Shown: positions 19,124 through 29,228 of the stretch, in pieces | How positions within the stretch are numbered: position 1 is the stretch's first letter | Layout of the letters: each line of letters begins with the position of its first letter | IMG/VR virus record: IMGVR_UViG_3300046786_000304 | Span: 32,001 to 96,000 of that record | DNA length: 64,000 nucleotides | Direction: 5' to 3' (one strand) | Source: a virus | Taxonomy: Duplodnaviria > Caudoviricetes | Made by a program: the position numbers and the translations under genes | The notes under the pieces: model-generated | Databases searched by the model: none | Told to the model about the DNA's origin: nothing | The model's input: only the letters and a program-made list of their open reading frames with translations

Positions 19124-19876
19124 TTACTCAAATTGTCCTTTAATATGATTTAAAACTTGTTCTGCAACTAGCTGATGTTGTTCTTTAGACAAATGGCTAC
19201 CCAATAATCTATCTTCGCATCTTAGCATAGGCTGTATATCAAGAACGTTGGTAAATTTATCCAATGATAAAAAATTAAAATTATCAGTGGCTTCATTTCT
19301 TGAATTATATATTCCTTTTTTTCTAAATGCCAAATGTTCAGAAATATTTAAAAAGTAAAAAGGAATTCCTTTTGATTTTAGATACCCATCTAACATATAC
19401 ATATCCATGGCATCATGTAGTGTTTGGTTTTCCGTCATTGCTATCTTCAATTTTTCTGTTATGTATGCTTCGGATAGGTCAACTGGATTATGTAATTGAA
19501 TGTCACATTGTCTGCATTCATTAAATATCAACTCTCTATCCGTTGGAGATATTTGAAGATAAATGCAGTCTATTTGTGTATTACCTTCTTCTACTAGTCT
19601 TATAATATCAAAAATATTGTGTCTCATACTTTTTCCGTTCAATGAATAACACGTAGTTTTAATATTAGAGTCTAAGTCCATTATTAATTTTGGGTATGCT
19701 AGTTGTTTATTTTCAAATTGATATAAATCATAATCTATGTTAACTGTTAAACGTTTTTTAAAAAAACTGCGGACGGTGTGCTCTTCTGTGAATTTCCATG
19801 GAAAGTATTTTTCATCAGTTAATTCGTCGCCGGCTGTAAAGCTACAGCCAAAGAAATGTATATGTAAATCTCTCAT
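19124..19876 (-). CDS. SGNH/GDSL-like protein
   Basis: FFGCSFTAGDEL and C-terminal GSHLSKEQH motifs. Confidence 0.6.
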   Translation of the reverse strand: MRDLHIHFFGCSFTAGDELTDEKYFPWKFTEEHTVRSFFKKRLTVNIDYDLYQFENKQLAYPKLIMDLDSNIKTTCYSLNGKSMRHNIFDIIRLVEEGNTQIDCIYLQISPTDRELIFNECRQCDIQLHNPVDLSEAYITEKLKIAMTENQTLHDAMDMYMLDGYLKSKGIPFYFLNISEHLAFRKKGIYNSRNEATDNFNFLSLDKFTNVLDIQPMLRCEDRLLGSHLSKEQHQLVAEQVLNHIKGQFE

Positions 19877-20943
19877 AATACTTTATAATTTCCTATTGGT
19901 AAAACTTCTAATTTTTTAACATTACAAACTTCAGTACATCTATGAATTCTATCAGTTTTACCTATGCCATGAGTTTTTGAATTCCAACTAGTAACTAAAT
20001 CGTTTTTATAAAAATCATGTGCCAAAACTTCTTCTACTGAATGTTTGCTTAAATCATTCCAATCGTCGCCGCCGTAAGCATCGAATACTCTTTTATGTAG
20101 CACGTTTGCTTTGCCTCTGTCTAGGTTCATAAATCCGTTATGTATAAAACAACAAGGCCAAATTCTACTATCATGTCCAATGAAATACATACGTTTATTT
20201 TGATTGTTACAACTTATATCATTTTGTACTTCGTCCTCTAGTGACGAGTTAACATCGTATAGGCTACTGCTCCATGTTTCGGGAGAAGCATTAATTTCTT
20301 TTCTTTTTTGTATAACTTTCAAACCTAGTTTAGTGGCAAGACTTCTGTCATGTCTGCTCATGAATTCAACAAAGCCCATTTCAACACTTAATTTCTTTGC
20401 ATCCATTACTTGATGTTCGTTCCAAGGGAATATTAAATATTGCCATCCAGCAGTGCCTCCGGCGTCAATGAATGCCTGTGCATTTTCCATGATCTTAGAC
20501 CATGTGGTATTTTGTCTATATATATGATTAGTATCTTCCAAGCCGTCGATACTAAATTTTACCATATGTCGTTTATGTTTCTTTAAGATATGTGCCATTT
20601 TAGTCCAATAATCTTTGTTTCTCAAACTGGCATTAGTATGTATATAAATGGTGTATTTTTTATCATGCGCTTCGGCAGCAAAATCTAAAAATTCTAAGAA
20701 CTCAGGATGCATCAACGGATCATCTATAGTTCCGCAAAATTCTAATTCGCCAACAGAAGCAAAGCTTGGACTTGTTACAATTTTTTTAAATACATCAAAA
20801 CTAATATATTCTTTTTCAGGTATAACATATTTCTTTTCATTGAATGAATTTGTGTTTGTACGCACACATCCTAGACATAATGCGTTGCACATTGAACTTA
20901 GTTCAAATTGTATTTTTGCTGGGTTGTTTAAATATGTATTCAT
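19873..20943 (-). CDS. Radical SAM protein with C-terminal SPASM/twitch domain
   Basis: CNALCLGC and CGTIDDP motifs; C-terminal WPCC..RCTEVC. Confidence 0.88.
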   Translation of the reverse strand: MNTYLNNPAKIQFELSSMCNALCLGCVRTNTNSFNEKKYVIPEKEYISFDVFKKIVTSPSFASVGELEFCGTIDDPLMHPEFLEFLDFAAEAHDKKYTIYIHTNASLRNKDYWTKMAHILKKHKRHMVKFSIDGLEDTNHIYRQNTTWSKIMENAQAFIDAGGTAGWQYLIFPWNEHQVMDAKKLSVEMGFVEFMSRHDRSLATKLGLKVIQKRKEINASPETWSSSLYDVNSSLEDEVQNDISCNNQNKRMYFIGHDSRIWPCCFIHNGFMNLDRGKANVLHKRVFDAYGGDDWNDLSKHSVEEVLAHDFYKNDLVTSWNSKTHGIGKTDRIHRCTEVCNVKKLEVLPIGNYKVL

Positions 20944-21881
20944 AATTCTTTAGGTATCATAACATCGGCGGTACACATACACCATTCAGTATGGCAAACA
21001 GTGGGCTGTTGTGTGAGTTGAACAAAATCAAAAATTGTTCCTACTTGTTTTGATTGATTACAAGCAGACTGTAAAATAATGCCGTCGGGTCGTATCAGTA
21101 TATGATCTATGCCCATATTGCATTTCCAATTTAAAAATGTATTCTTTCTATTATTGGTAAACTCGACTTCATCTAATCTGGATACACTTGTGCCGTCATT
21201 GATCCAAGTATTTCCGTAACTGTTGTTGCTAGGGGGTGGAAAATTATTATCTTTAAATATTACATTGCTGTTATTTTTTAACCATTCTAATTGTTCATTG
21301 TCATATTCATAACTAGAAGACTGCGATTCAATGCCTTTGTTACGTTCAAAAACTCTACTAGGCGCAATGGTTACTCTGTCCATTGCTTTAAATTTTTCAT
21401 AAGCATTTACAGCTTTATCCCATAATGGCGGATACATTAGTGTAAAAACGCCTACATTAGTCTGTGTTCGAATATACTCTACTTTTTCAAATAGTTCTTC
21501 GTCAATGACTGTTTCTGGATGATAACTGATTGTTATTTTGAATATCTTATGGGCATACTCATGCCACCAATCCAAACTGCGACTGCCGTTAGTGTTAACA
21601 TAGGCACACCAATTTGATTCGTGACAAAAATCAATAATAGTTTCTAGGCTAGGACTAATAGTAGGCTCGCCGCCATTTAAAAATATATGAACGCTTTTGC
21701 CCTCTAATTGCTTTTTAATATTAACTAAAAATTCTTTAATTAATACAGGGTCTTCTGTTTTACTTTTAAATACATTGGTGCCACGATGTAATGTAGGCGG
21801 GCAATAGCTACAGTGATATGTACATAATGTATTCAATGTCCAGTCGATGGTAAATCTATTTGAATCATTATAAATTTTCAT
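20940..21881 (-). CDS. Radical SAM protein with C-terminal SPASM-like domain
   Basis: CTYHCSYC and NGGEPT motifs; WKCNMG..SAC..VC..CMC. Same architecture as 5743-6909. Confidence 0.9.
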   Translation of the reverse strand: MKIYNDSNRFTIDWTLNTLCTYHCSYCPPTLHRGTNVFKSKTEDPVLIKEFLVNIKKQLEGKSVHIFLNGGEPTISPSLETIIDFCHESNWCAYVNTNGSRSLDWWHEYAHKIFKITISYHPETVIDEELFEKVEYIRTQTNVGVFTLMYPPLWDKAVNAYEKFKAMDRVTIAPSRVFERNKGIESQSSSYEYDNEQLEWLKNNSNVIFKDNNFPPPSNNSYGNTWINDGTSVSRLDEVEFTNNRKNTFLNWKCNMGIDHILIRPDGIILQSACNQSKQVGTIFDFVQLTQQPTVCHTEWCMCTADVMIPKEL

Positions 21882-23113
21882 AAATCAACTAACCATGGGA
21901 ATGTTTCTTTCCAATTGGTTCCTCGCCGTGAATCTAATAGATTTAATTTTGTTTTTAATTTTTCTATAACTATGCTATCGTACTTTGAATTTTCTATCTC
22001 GTTGAATATTCCTTTTATGTATTCTTGTGATACATTATCGCCCTCGAATAATGCCACATTAAGTGCTAAAATTTCTTCAATAAATTTAGTGTATGTACCT
22101 GGAGGCATATGATGCGGATCATAGATAAAAGGATCTATACATTTATTGTAGTTTATATTAAAATTTTTATTACCTTTCCATTCGATTACTTTTCTAATCA
22201 AATCAGGTATATAAGGAATACTCAATGTACTAACTGTTAAATTTATTGTAGGTATGATTTCCGGGCATTCGTCGATTAGGTATTTTATATTTTCTTCAAA
22301 GGTTGCCATATCCATACCATGTCGTATGTATTCTGTAGCAGGACCCCAGCAATCAATACTACATACGAATCGTATTTCTTTTACTGTCTTAGATAGTGCT
22401 CGCAATTTTTCCATGCCACGTTTGAAGAGTAATGGCTTTACTTGCATGTTTGAATATATTTCAATGTCGCACTCTGGATTAGGGTGGGCTATCATCCAAT
22501 CAACACAGTCCCATGTTTCATTTTGAATAAAAGGCTCGCCGCCTAATAAGTCAAATGCTTTTAAACTACTGTAGTTATTTTCCATCCATGTATAAAACTT
22601 TTCTACACGCTGTTTATATTTGTCTTCTAGTTCCCATGAATTTAAATTAAGCGAGCCATTTTCATATTCATTGATTTCTTTAACCCATGCGCTACTTAGG
22701 TTCGGGCCACAATACACACATTTTAAATTACACTTATTATTAAAATGTACGCTTAACTGTGTTGGCTTAACTTTTGTTGCTGTGGGATCTTTGTATAACT
22801 CTATAGGAACATATCTAGCGTTTTCTGGCCTAGATAGGAAGTTCATTCTGTCACTCATGCCGCCTGCTAATTCTTGATCTCTACAATGCTCACAGCCTCG
22901 TCCATCTGAGGGCCATTCACTGCGTAACATTTTTTGTCTATGCTCTACAACCGGAGCAGTATTGTTGAAGTCATAGTCGTCGGGTATGTCTGCATTTTGA
23001 TTTCTGTGGCAACTACTACTTTTATTTTCCCAAAGGTATAAGCTTACTTGACTCCATTTTTGTAAACATACTGTGTTTCCTTGTGGAGGAAACCATTTTT
23101 CTACAGACATCAT
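21878..23113 (-). CDS. Radical SAM protein with N-terminal CxxKW/SCH domain
   Basis: CLQKW..SSCH..CEHC, CNLKCVYC and LGGEP motifs. Confidence 0.88.
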   Translation of the reverse strand: MMSVEKWFPPQGNTVCLQKWSQVSLYLWENKSSSCHRNQNADIPDDYDFNNTAPVVEHRQKMLRSEWPSDGRGCEHCRDQELAGGMSDRMNFLSRPENARYVPIELYKDPTATKVKPTQLSVHFNNKCNLKCVYCGPNLSSAWVKEINEYENGSLNLNSWELEDKYKQRVEKFYTWMENNYSSLKAFDLLGGEPFIQNETWDCVDWMIAHPNPECDIEIYSNMQVKPLLFKRGMEKLRALSKTVKEIRFVCSIDCWGPATEYIRHGMDMATFEENIKYLIDECPEIIPTINLTVSTLSIPYIPDLIRKVIEWKGNKNFNINYNKCIDPFIYDPHHMPPGTYTKFIEEILALNVALFEGDNVSQEYIKGIFNEIENSKYDSIVIEKLKTKLNLLDSRRGTNWKETFPWLVDL

Positions 23114-23119
23114 TAATCC

Positions 23120-24292
23120 TTATTTAAATTGTTCGCTGAACGCATCATATTTAGTGCCACATGTCTTGGCACAAACTGCTAGCTTTCCTTCAGCACAACT
23201 TGGTTTATTCCAACTATTAGGGATTATTTCTTGTATAAACTTTCCATTCACTACATCTTTAATGCCATGTTTTTTTAAGTCTAATGAATCTAAGCCAGCT
23301 TCATTGATAGCAGACCAAATCTGTCCGCCTTGCTCTTTCCAGTACCAAACATACATCTGTCCAGCAGTCCAGCAACAAGGTTGTAAGTATCCTTCGGCAG
23401 TAACATAAATGCTTTTCTCTTCTGATACTTTGCATTTAATAGGCACAGAGTCCCAGTATTTTTCCATGGGCTTTTTTAATTCTGGATCTGTGTTAAATTT
23501 TTGTCCGCCTACTTTATCTTTAAGAGCTTCTACGGTAGTTATTAATTCGTAGGGATCAGACTTTTGCCCTGCTGTTATATTTGCTAAATTTTTAATGGCA
23601 GCATTGTGATACTTGGGATTAGTAGGCATTGCCAATAATGCTGTGGCAGACCCTTTACGATTTCCAGCTTGATGTTCTTGTTTAACTTCGCCTCGAGTAT
23701 TACTAAAGAAGCGATTACTCTTTTTGATATTAAATTTCTCAAAACCCATTTTGGTGGCCAATGCTTCGGCTTCTTCTACTTGATGTTCATTGTGTGCGAA
23801 TACTATATAATCCCATCGTGCTCTCCCGCCGGCATCAATGAATGCCTGTGCGTTTTCCATTATTTTTTTCCACACAGTACCTTGACGATATAAATGATTA
23901 GTATCTTCCAATCCATCTACACCAAATATAACATAACCCTTTTGTCCAATTACACCAGCAAGCTCTGCCCACCACTCTGGCTTTTTCATACTGCCATTGG
24001 TGTGCATACTAAGATTAAGTTTTGGATTGTGTTCTCTAAAATAAGCAAATGCTTCCAGCGTATCTGACGCTACAGCAGGGTCGCCATAGTTTCCGCACAT
24101 ATATAAACGGTTTAATTGTTTGATAAAATCTACGGGGAATATCTGTTCTATATCAGCAATACTAAGTTCAGCACCGTGTAACAATGGACTAACTTCGCCA
24201 CCATTTAAGTTCCTAGCGCACATAGGACAAGAGGCGTTACACGCCTCTGTCATTTCTAAATGCACAGTGGTAATATCACTGTAGTTATACAT
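23120..24292 (-). CDS. Radical SAM protein with C-terminal SPASM/twitch domain
   Basis: CNASCPMC and CGNYGDP motifs; QPCC..CAKTC. Confidence 0.9.
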   Translation of the reverse strand: MYNYSDITTVHLEMTEACNASCPMCARNLNGGEVSPLLHGAELSIADIEQIFPVDFIKQLNRLYMCGNYGDPAVASDTLEAFAYFREHNPKLNLSMHTNGSMKKPEWWAELAGVIGQKGYVIFGVDGLEDTNHLYRQGTVWKKIMENAQAFIDAGGRARWDYIVFAHNEHQVEEAEALATKMGFEKFNIKKSNRFFSNTRGEVKQEHQAGNRKGSATALLAMPTNPKYHNAAIKNLANITAGQKSDPYELITTVEALKDKVGGQKFNTDPELKKPMEKYWDSVPIKCKVSEEKSIYVTAEGYLQPCCWTAGQMYVWYWKEQGGQIWSAINEAGLDSLDLKKHGIKDVVNGKFIQEIIPNSWNKPSCAEGKLAVCAKTCGTKYDAFSEQFK

Positions 24293-25149
24293 TATTTTAC
24301 TCCGTAAAGAGCATACCTTTTGTATTTAGGAAACGTAATTTCTCCGCGATAGTATGTTGTTGTTACTGGATACTTTCTTAAAAAGTCCGGCAATGTCTCA
24401 GAGTAATTAACATGCTCGTCAATTGGATCACTATTATTTTCGATGAATACTGTTGTGCCTGGTTTTAATTTATCAAACCATTCAGTGTTCATGTGCTCAC
24501 TGCTAGTATTGATAACCAAATCTGCTTCAAGTACTTTATCATAAAATGTTAAATTATTATCCATATCAAAGCAGTCATTGATAAGCTTATTTTCTACGTA
24601 AGCTTCAGGATTAATAATAGCGATAAGTTCATTTATATTGGCATCAGGATCTATGCTAAACAATTTATTGTAATTGATATCTTTAAGATATAAACTGTGA
24701 TGTGTTAGCCAGCCGCCAATAAGCAATACATTGTTAAAGTTTAAATTAAATTTAGATAAAATTTCTGCCATCCAAATCTTACTAAGAACTTGACTCTTAG
24801 AAAAAATTACAGGTAGTACATCTTCATATCCTTGATCTACTATTTCAAACAGTTTATGAATAAATTCATCTTCGGGCCAAATAGAATGCAATGTGCCAAC
24901 GATTTCTCGTGTAGTAATTTCATCTCTTGAACAGACATTTGTATAAAAATTTAAACGGTCTTCCCTAAATGCCACTGGATACTTACTATAGTCGTCGCTG
25001 ATTAAATTTTTAAGAGACCAAGGTTTTGATTGTTGATCTGCGTATTTCAAGTTTATAATGTTTCTAATAAACTGCTTTTTTCTTACGTCTTGAATAAAGT
25101 GAAAATACTTTTCTATTCCAAAGAGCCATGTAATTTTATCTGTTTCCAT
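24292..25149 (-). CDS. Class I SAM-dependent methyltransferase-like protein
   Basis: VLLIGGW (motif I-like), SIDPD (acidic end of beta2) and DLVINTSSEHM. Confidence 0.55.
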   Translation of the reverse strand: METDKITWLFGIEKYFHFIQDVRKKQFIRNIINLKYADQQSKPWSLKNLISDDYSKYPVAFREDRLNFYTNVCSRDEITTREIVGTLHSIWPEDEFIHKLFEIVDQGYEDVLPVIFSKSQVLSKIWMAEILSKFNLNFNNVLLIGGWLTHHSLYLKDINYNKLFSIDPDANINELIAIINPEAYVENKLINDCFDMDNNLTFYDKVLEADLVINTSSEHMNTEWFDKLKPGTTVFIENNSDPIDEHVNYSETLPDFLRKYPVTTTYYRGEITFPKYKRYALYGVK

Positions 25150-25852
25150 CTATTCCTACCCATTTATAAAATTGTGTTTGCAACCAATCAAAATCATTTA
25201 CTATAGTAAAATCTACATCCTTTGATCTTGCGTATTTCTCGCCTTGTCGTGCGCCATGTACAGCAAAATAGCCGTATTGAGATTCAAGGCCAGCGTTAAG
25301 CCACATATTAAGTCTATCAAGACTTTCATCATCGTTATTGTTTTTATTAATTCCGGCACTTAGTTTAACTGCTTCTCTAAATGCTGTGCGCCAAGTAGCA
25401 TAGGGTGTATAGTTAAATCTATGTTCGCTGGCTAATATGTTTAGTTTGATATATCCATCTGCCAAGCTAGTTGTCATGTCAGGACGGTCTAGTCGTTCTG
25501 CACTAAAACAATCTTTGGAAAATAATTTAATACCACCATGGCCATATACTAATCCATTAACAGGATTCTTGGCACGAAATACTGCTACATATTTTGGTTT
25601 AAGTTCTATTTTTTTGTCAAAGGTAAATCCATCTACTATCCAGCAATCTGCGTCAACTACATAAAATCTATCTTCTTTACATAAACTAGCAATATGTTTG
25701 TGACTTTCAAATATTGTGCCAATACTGGCTATTGCTTCGGCCCATGGAGCAACTTGCAACAAACGTTGCCAATTCTCATTGAGGTTATCTTCGTCAGTGT
25801 AAAGAAAATATACAGGCGTATTCATATCAGTATTTAGGTAATGTAAATCCAT
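25136..25852 (-). CDS. Glycosyltransferase-like protein (GT-A, DxD), paralog family 1
   Basis: YVVDADC, NPVNGLVYGHGGIKLF and WRTAFREAVKL motifs. Confidence 0.6.
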   Translation of the reverse strand: MDLHYLNTDMNTPVYFLYTDEDNLNENWQRLLQVAPWAEAIASIGTIFESHKHIASLCKEDRFYVVDADCWIVDGFTFDKKIELKPKYVAVFRAKNPVNGLVYGHGGIKLFSKDCFSAERLDRPDMTTSLADGYIKLNILASEHRFNYTPYATWRTAFREAVKLSAGINKNNNDDESLDRLNMWLNAGLESQYGYFAVHGARQGEKYARSKDVDFTIVNDFDWLQTQFYKWVGIDGNR

Positions 25853-26858
25853 ATAACGGCAATGCGCTTTGATTCAATAGCGCAGGCCAACCTAGGCCTT
25901 TGCCAGGACTGATATGAACATGCTTGAACCATATACTTTGTTCTGCGTCTAATTCAGCCAAAGGCAAGCCTAAACTATCTCGCAAATCTGTTAGTAACTT
26001 ATGATTATGACTTTCTAAATATTCGCCATGCGATAATATCTGCGACTGTGTTTCCCAGAATTTATGAAACCAATCATAGTCAGCAATAACAGTATGATCA
26101 AAGTTTTCAACATACAACTTATATGCGGCCAAACGTGCGCCATAGATAACCCATGCGCCGTTTTCAATGTCGCGGCCAACAGTCATCCAAATTAGCCAAC
26201 GAGCATAGTTAGCAGGATACATTTTGTGTTTAAAATCATGTAATGGAACTTTGTTGCCTTGATCCAAGCCCATTTTGATACCTTCTCTGAACCCTGCTCT
26301 AAATGCTTGCTTGGCACTAGAGTTATTATGAACAACACCATATGTATTATTCATTTGTTTATAGTTTTCTGGATCCCAACAAAAGTCTACATTGTTTGTA
26401 CCATCTTCTGGATCAGCCGCTTCATGACTTTTCATGTTCATAACATGTTTCGTATACCATAACTTAACACCGCCATTGCCATAGACTAGGCCATTAACAA
26501 TGTTACGACTACTCCAACTTAGTGTAGCTTCGGCAATGTCAGGTGTAATCTCCACGCTTTTTGTCCATATACTTTTATCTATTTTACAATCTGCATCTAC
26601 TGTAAAAAATCTAGGACTGTTAGCAATTCTTCCTGCTTGTTTATGTGCAGCATCAAAGCCTTTAACTCCGTGTACTCTATATACTTTTTCTGCGTTAGGA
26701 TGATTATCTAATAGATACTGAAAATTTTCATCTGCGTTAGGCTCATCATAACTTAAAAAGACCACAGGGATATCTTTTAATTTCAATAAAGGGTTTTGCT
26801 GTGTTTCTTTTTTAACAGCTTTTTTAATTTTATTGTCCAGTGAATTTAGTAAACTCAT
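25827..26858 (-). CDS. Glycosyltransferase-like protein (GT-A, DxD), paralog family 1
   Basis: FLSYDEPNAD, TVDADC, NGLVYGNGGVKLW and AFRAGFREGIKM motifs. Confidence 0.6.
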   Translation of the reverse strand: MSLLNSLDNKIKKAVKKETQQNPLLKLKDIPVVFLSYDEPNADENFQYLLDNHPNAEKVYRVHGVKGFDAAHKQAGRIANSPRFFTVDADCKIDKSIWTKSVEITPDIAEATLSWSSRNIVNGLVYGNGGVKLWYTKHVMNMKSHEAADPEDGTNNVDFCWDPENYKQMNNTYGVVHNNSSAKQAFRAGFREGIKMGLDQGNKVPLHDFKHKMYPANYARWLIWMTVGRDIENGAWVIYGARLAAYKLYVENFDHTVIADYDWFHKFWETQSQILSHGEYLESHNHKLLTDLRDSLGLPLAELDAEQSIWFKHVHISPGKGLGWPALLNQSALPLYGFTLPKY

Positions 26859-27579
26859 TTTTCATCCATTCTAAATCATTAATAACACGCAACGCTTCTG
26901 GATTGTCTGCGTGTTCTAATCCGTAATCTTGGCCTTGCTTGGCACCTGCTATAGCATACTTACCAAACGGTCTTTTTGCACCTTTTGTTGTCCAAATCTT
27001 AAGACGCTGATTGCTTTCTTCCACAACCTTATCAATTGCTTCGTCATTATAGTTTAATTTATGACGTAGTTCTTCATTGGTTAAATTAGTAGCTAACTTA
27101 ACACATTCCCTGAACGCACTACGCCATGTACTAAACTCATCATAGTTAAACTTAGTAACATTACTGACTTGATCAAATACTTTAATGCTTAAACCAAATC
27201 CTGTGGTAAAGTCAACTGTGTCTGGATTTTTAGCTAATAAAGAGTGCTTAGGTAACAGTTTAACACCGCCGTGTCCATATGTCAAGTCGTTTATTGGGTT
27301 GACGCTGTTCCACAAACACAGACATTCACTTTCAGGTATGCCCCACCATGTGTTGTACTTACTGGGAGTAAAGAAAAATTCAAAGTCTTTTAATATAATT
27401 GCGTCACTGTCAACTACATAAAAGTTATTAGTAAGGCTTCGACGAGCACATTCTTGATGTGCTGCCGTGAAACCTTTAATACCATTGACACGCCGAGCAT
27501 GTGGAACTTTCTCTAATAGAAGTTCATAGTTTTCGTCGGCGTAGGGTTCGTTATAACTGAGAAAGAATACGTCAAGCAT
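26830..27579 (-). CDS. Glycosyltransferase-like protein (GT-A, DxD), paralog family 1
   Basis: FLSYNEPYAD, VVDSDA, YGHGGVKLL and WRSAFRECVKL motifs. Confidence 0.6.
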   Translation of the reverse strand: MLDVFFLSYNEPYADENYELLLEKVPHARRVNGIKGFTAAHQECARRSLTNNFYVVDSDAIILKDFEFFFTPSKYNTWWGIPESECLCLWNSVNPINDLTYGHGGVKLLPKHSLLAKNPDTVDFTTGFGLSIKVFDQVSNVTKFNYDEFSTWRSAFRECVKLATNLTNEELRHKLNYNDEAIDKVVEESNQRLKIWTTKGAKRPFGKYAIAGAKQGQDYGLEHADNPEALRVINDLEWMKNEFTKFTGQ

Positions 27580-27603
27580 TATACGAGTATTTAATATTTC
27601 TAC

Positions 27604-29076
27604 TCATGATAATACAGGCACATTGTATTTCTTGTAAAAGTCTTTGGCATGTTTTAAGTTGTTAACCATTGGTTGACCTTTAATGTTCAAACTGGTATTC
27701 AACAACATCGGGCAGCCAGTTTCGCTATACCAATTTTCTAATAATTTACGGAAACCGGGACTGTCATTTTTACCCACTGTTTGTACACGACTAGTTCCGT
27801 CTTTGTGTATGATAGCAGGAAACTCATCAGGACGAGTACAACGAGCAACGAACTGCATATAAGGACTAGTATCAATATTTTTTGGCATATCGAAATAGTC
27901 ATGTACATGTTCTTCTAAGATTGCTGGCGCAAATGGTCTGAATTGTTGTCTACGTTTAATTGCGTTAACTGTGTCTTTGATTTCTGGTCCACGTGGGTCT
28001 GCTAATAAACTGCGGTGTCCTAGAGCTCTGGGGCCGAACTCGGCTCTACCACTGGCCACGCCTACAATTTTGTTTGTTTTAAGTATGTCAATGGTTTGTT
28101 CAACAGGATATTTCTTTCCCATGTTTGTGCCAAGATATGCACCTGGCCATGTAACTTGCTCACCAAAGTAAGCGGCAACTGCGCCTACACTTGATCCGGC
28201 ATCTCCGGGGTTTGGCATAATCCAAACATTGTCCCAGTCGCCGGTAATCTCACTGTTAGCCACACAATTAAGAGCGCAACCACCCATTAATATAAGATTG
28301 TTACTGGGCAAATGTGCGTTGGCCCACATACTTAATTGTTGTAACAGTTCTGTGTATATTTGTTGTGTAGCGGCTGCAATGTCGTAGGTGTCTTGTAAGC
28401 TAACTAGATCTAAACGCCAATCTGGACAGCCTCTGTGTAAGTTACGTTTGAATTTAATTTCTGGAGCACGAATAGTCTTAAAGAAATCGTTGTATATGTC
28501 TGCTTTGTATTTGTTAGGATCACCATAAGCAGCCATGCCCATTAAAATATATTCTTCTTCGTTGGGTTTTAGTCCACAACGCTGTGTCATAGCACTGAAC
28601 CAGATACCAATACTGTTAGGATAACTTTGACTATAAACTTTCTTTAAGTCGTTGCCTTCGCCCTGCCATATTGTTAGACATTCAAACTCACCGATACTGT
28701 CAATGACAATAACTGTAGCATCTTTGTATCCGCTGGTATAATAACCTGCTGCCGCATGGCTTTCATGATGCTTGCCAAATACAACAGGCTTGTCTAAATT
28801 GTACTTAGATAGATATTGTTTGATATTGTTTTCTTTAACACGAAGTCCTTGTCCAGCATATAATTGACGAACAGTTTTAAGCCATGGCTTTTCATACCAA
28901 ACAATTAAGTCTGGCTCGCCGTACTTCTTTGCGTCTGCTATAATGCCTTCACACAAATCTCCGTCATTCTTAATGCCAGAATAACGTTCACTGTGGCCGG
29001 CAAATTTGATTTCTTTATCATGCCAAACGCTTATGGCAGCATCATGGCTGTTGGCACTAATTCCCCAAATGTTCAT
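27604..29076 (-). CDS. Carbamoyltransferase, NodU/CmcH/TobZ family
   Basis: SHDAA, HHESHAA, GGCALNCVAN, GDAG, EFGPRALGHRSLLADPR, FRPFAP and LLNTSLN motifs. Confidence 0.95.
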   Translation of the reverse strand: MNIWGISANSHDAAISVWHDKEIKFAGHSERYSGIKNDGDLCEGIIADAKKYGEPDLIVWYEKPWLKTVRQLYAGQGLRVKENNIKQYLSKYNLDKPVVFGKHHESHAAAGYYTSGYKDATVIVIDSIGEFECLTIWQGEGNDLKKVYSQSYPNSIGIWFSAMTQRCGLKPNEEEYILMGMAAYGDPNKYKADIYNDFFKTIRAPEIKFKRNLHRGCPDWRLDLVSLQDTYDIAAATQQIYTELLQQLSMWANAHLPSNNLILMGGCALNCVANSEITGDWDNVWIMPNPGDAGSSVGAVAAYFGEQVTWPGAYLGTNMGKKYPVEQTIDILKTNKIVGVASGRAEFGPRALGHRSLLADPRGPEIKDTVNAIKRRQQFRPFAPAILEEHVHDYFDMPKNIDTSPYMQFVARCTRPDEFPAIIHKDGTSRVQTVGKNDSPGFRKLLENWYSETGCPMLLNTSLNIKGQPMVNNLKHAKDFYKKYNVPVLS

Positions 29077-29213
29077 CGGTATATAAAAGGATCTCGTTTG
29101 CGTAGTTCTTCTAAACGCTTTTTAAGTTGTTCTTCATAGTCTAACTCTTCCTGTGTTTTTTGTTTTTCTTCTTGTACAGGTTCTTGTTGTGGTTGTTGAT
29201 TGTTGTTTTCCAT
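29073..29213 (-). CDS. Unannotated 46-aa ORF coupled to the carbamoyltransferase
   Basis: Manual translation: MENNNQQPQQEPVQEEKQKTQEELDYEEQLKKRLEELRKRDPFIYR*. Its TGA overlaps the carbamoyltransferase ATG (ATGA). TATAAATA lies 5 nt upstream. Below the ORF-track length cutoff. Confidence 0.75.
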   Translation of the reverse strand: MENNNQQPQQEPVQEEKQKTQEELDYEEQLKKRLEELRKRDPFIYR

Positions 29214-29218
29214 AACGA

Positions 29219-29226
29219 TATTTATA
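29219..29226 (-). promoter_or_regulatory. T4-type late promoter box TATAAATA
   Basis: + strand TATTTATA at 29219-29226 in the intergenic gap, 5 nt upstream of ATG 29213. Confidence 0.6.
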
Positions 29227-29228
29227 AG

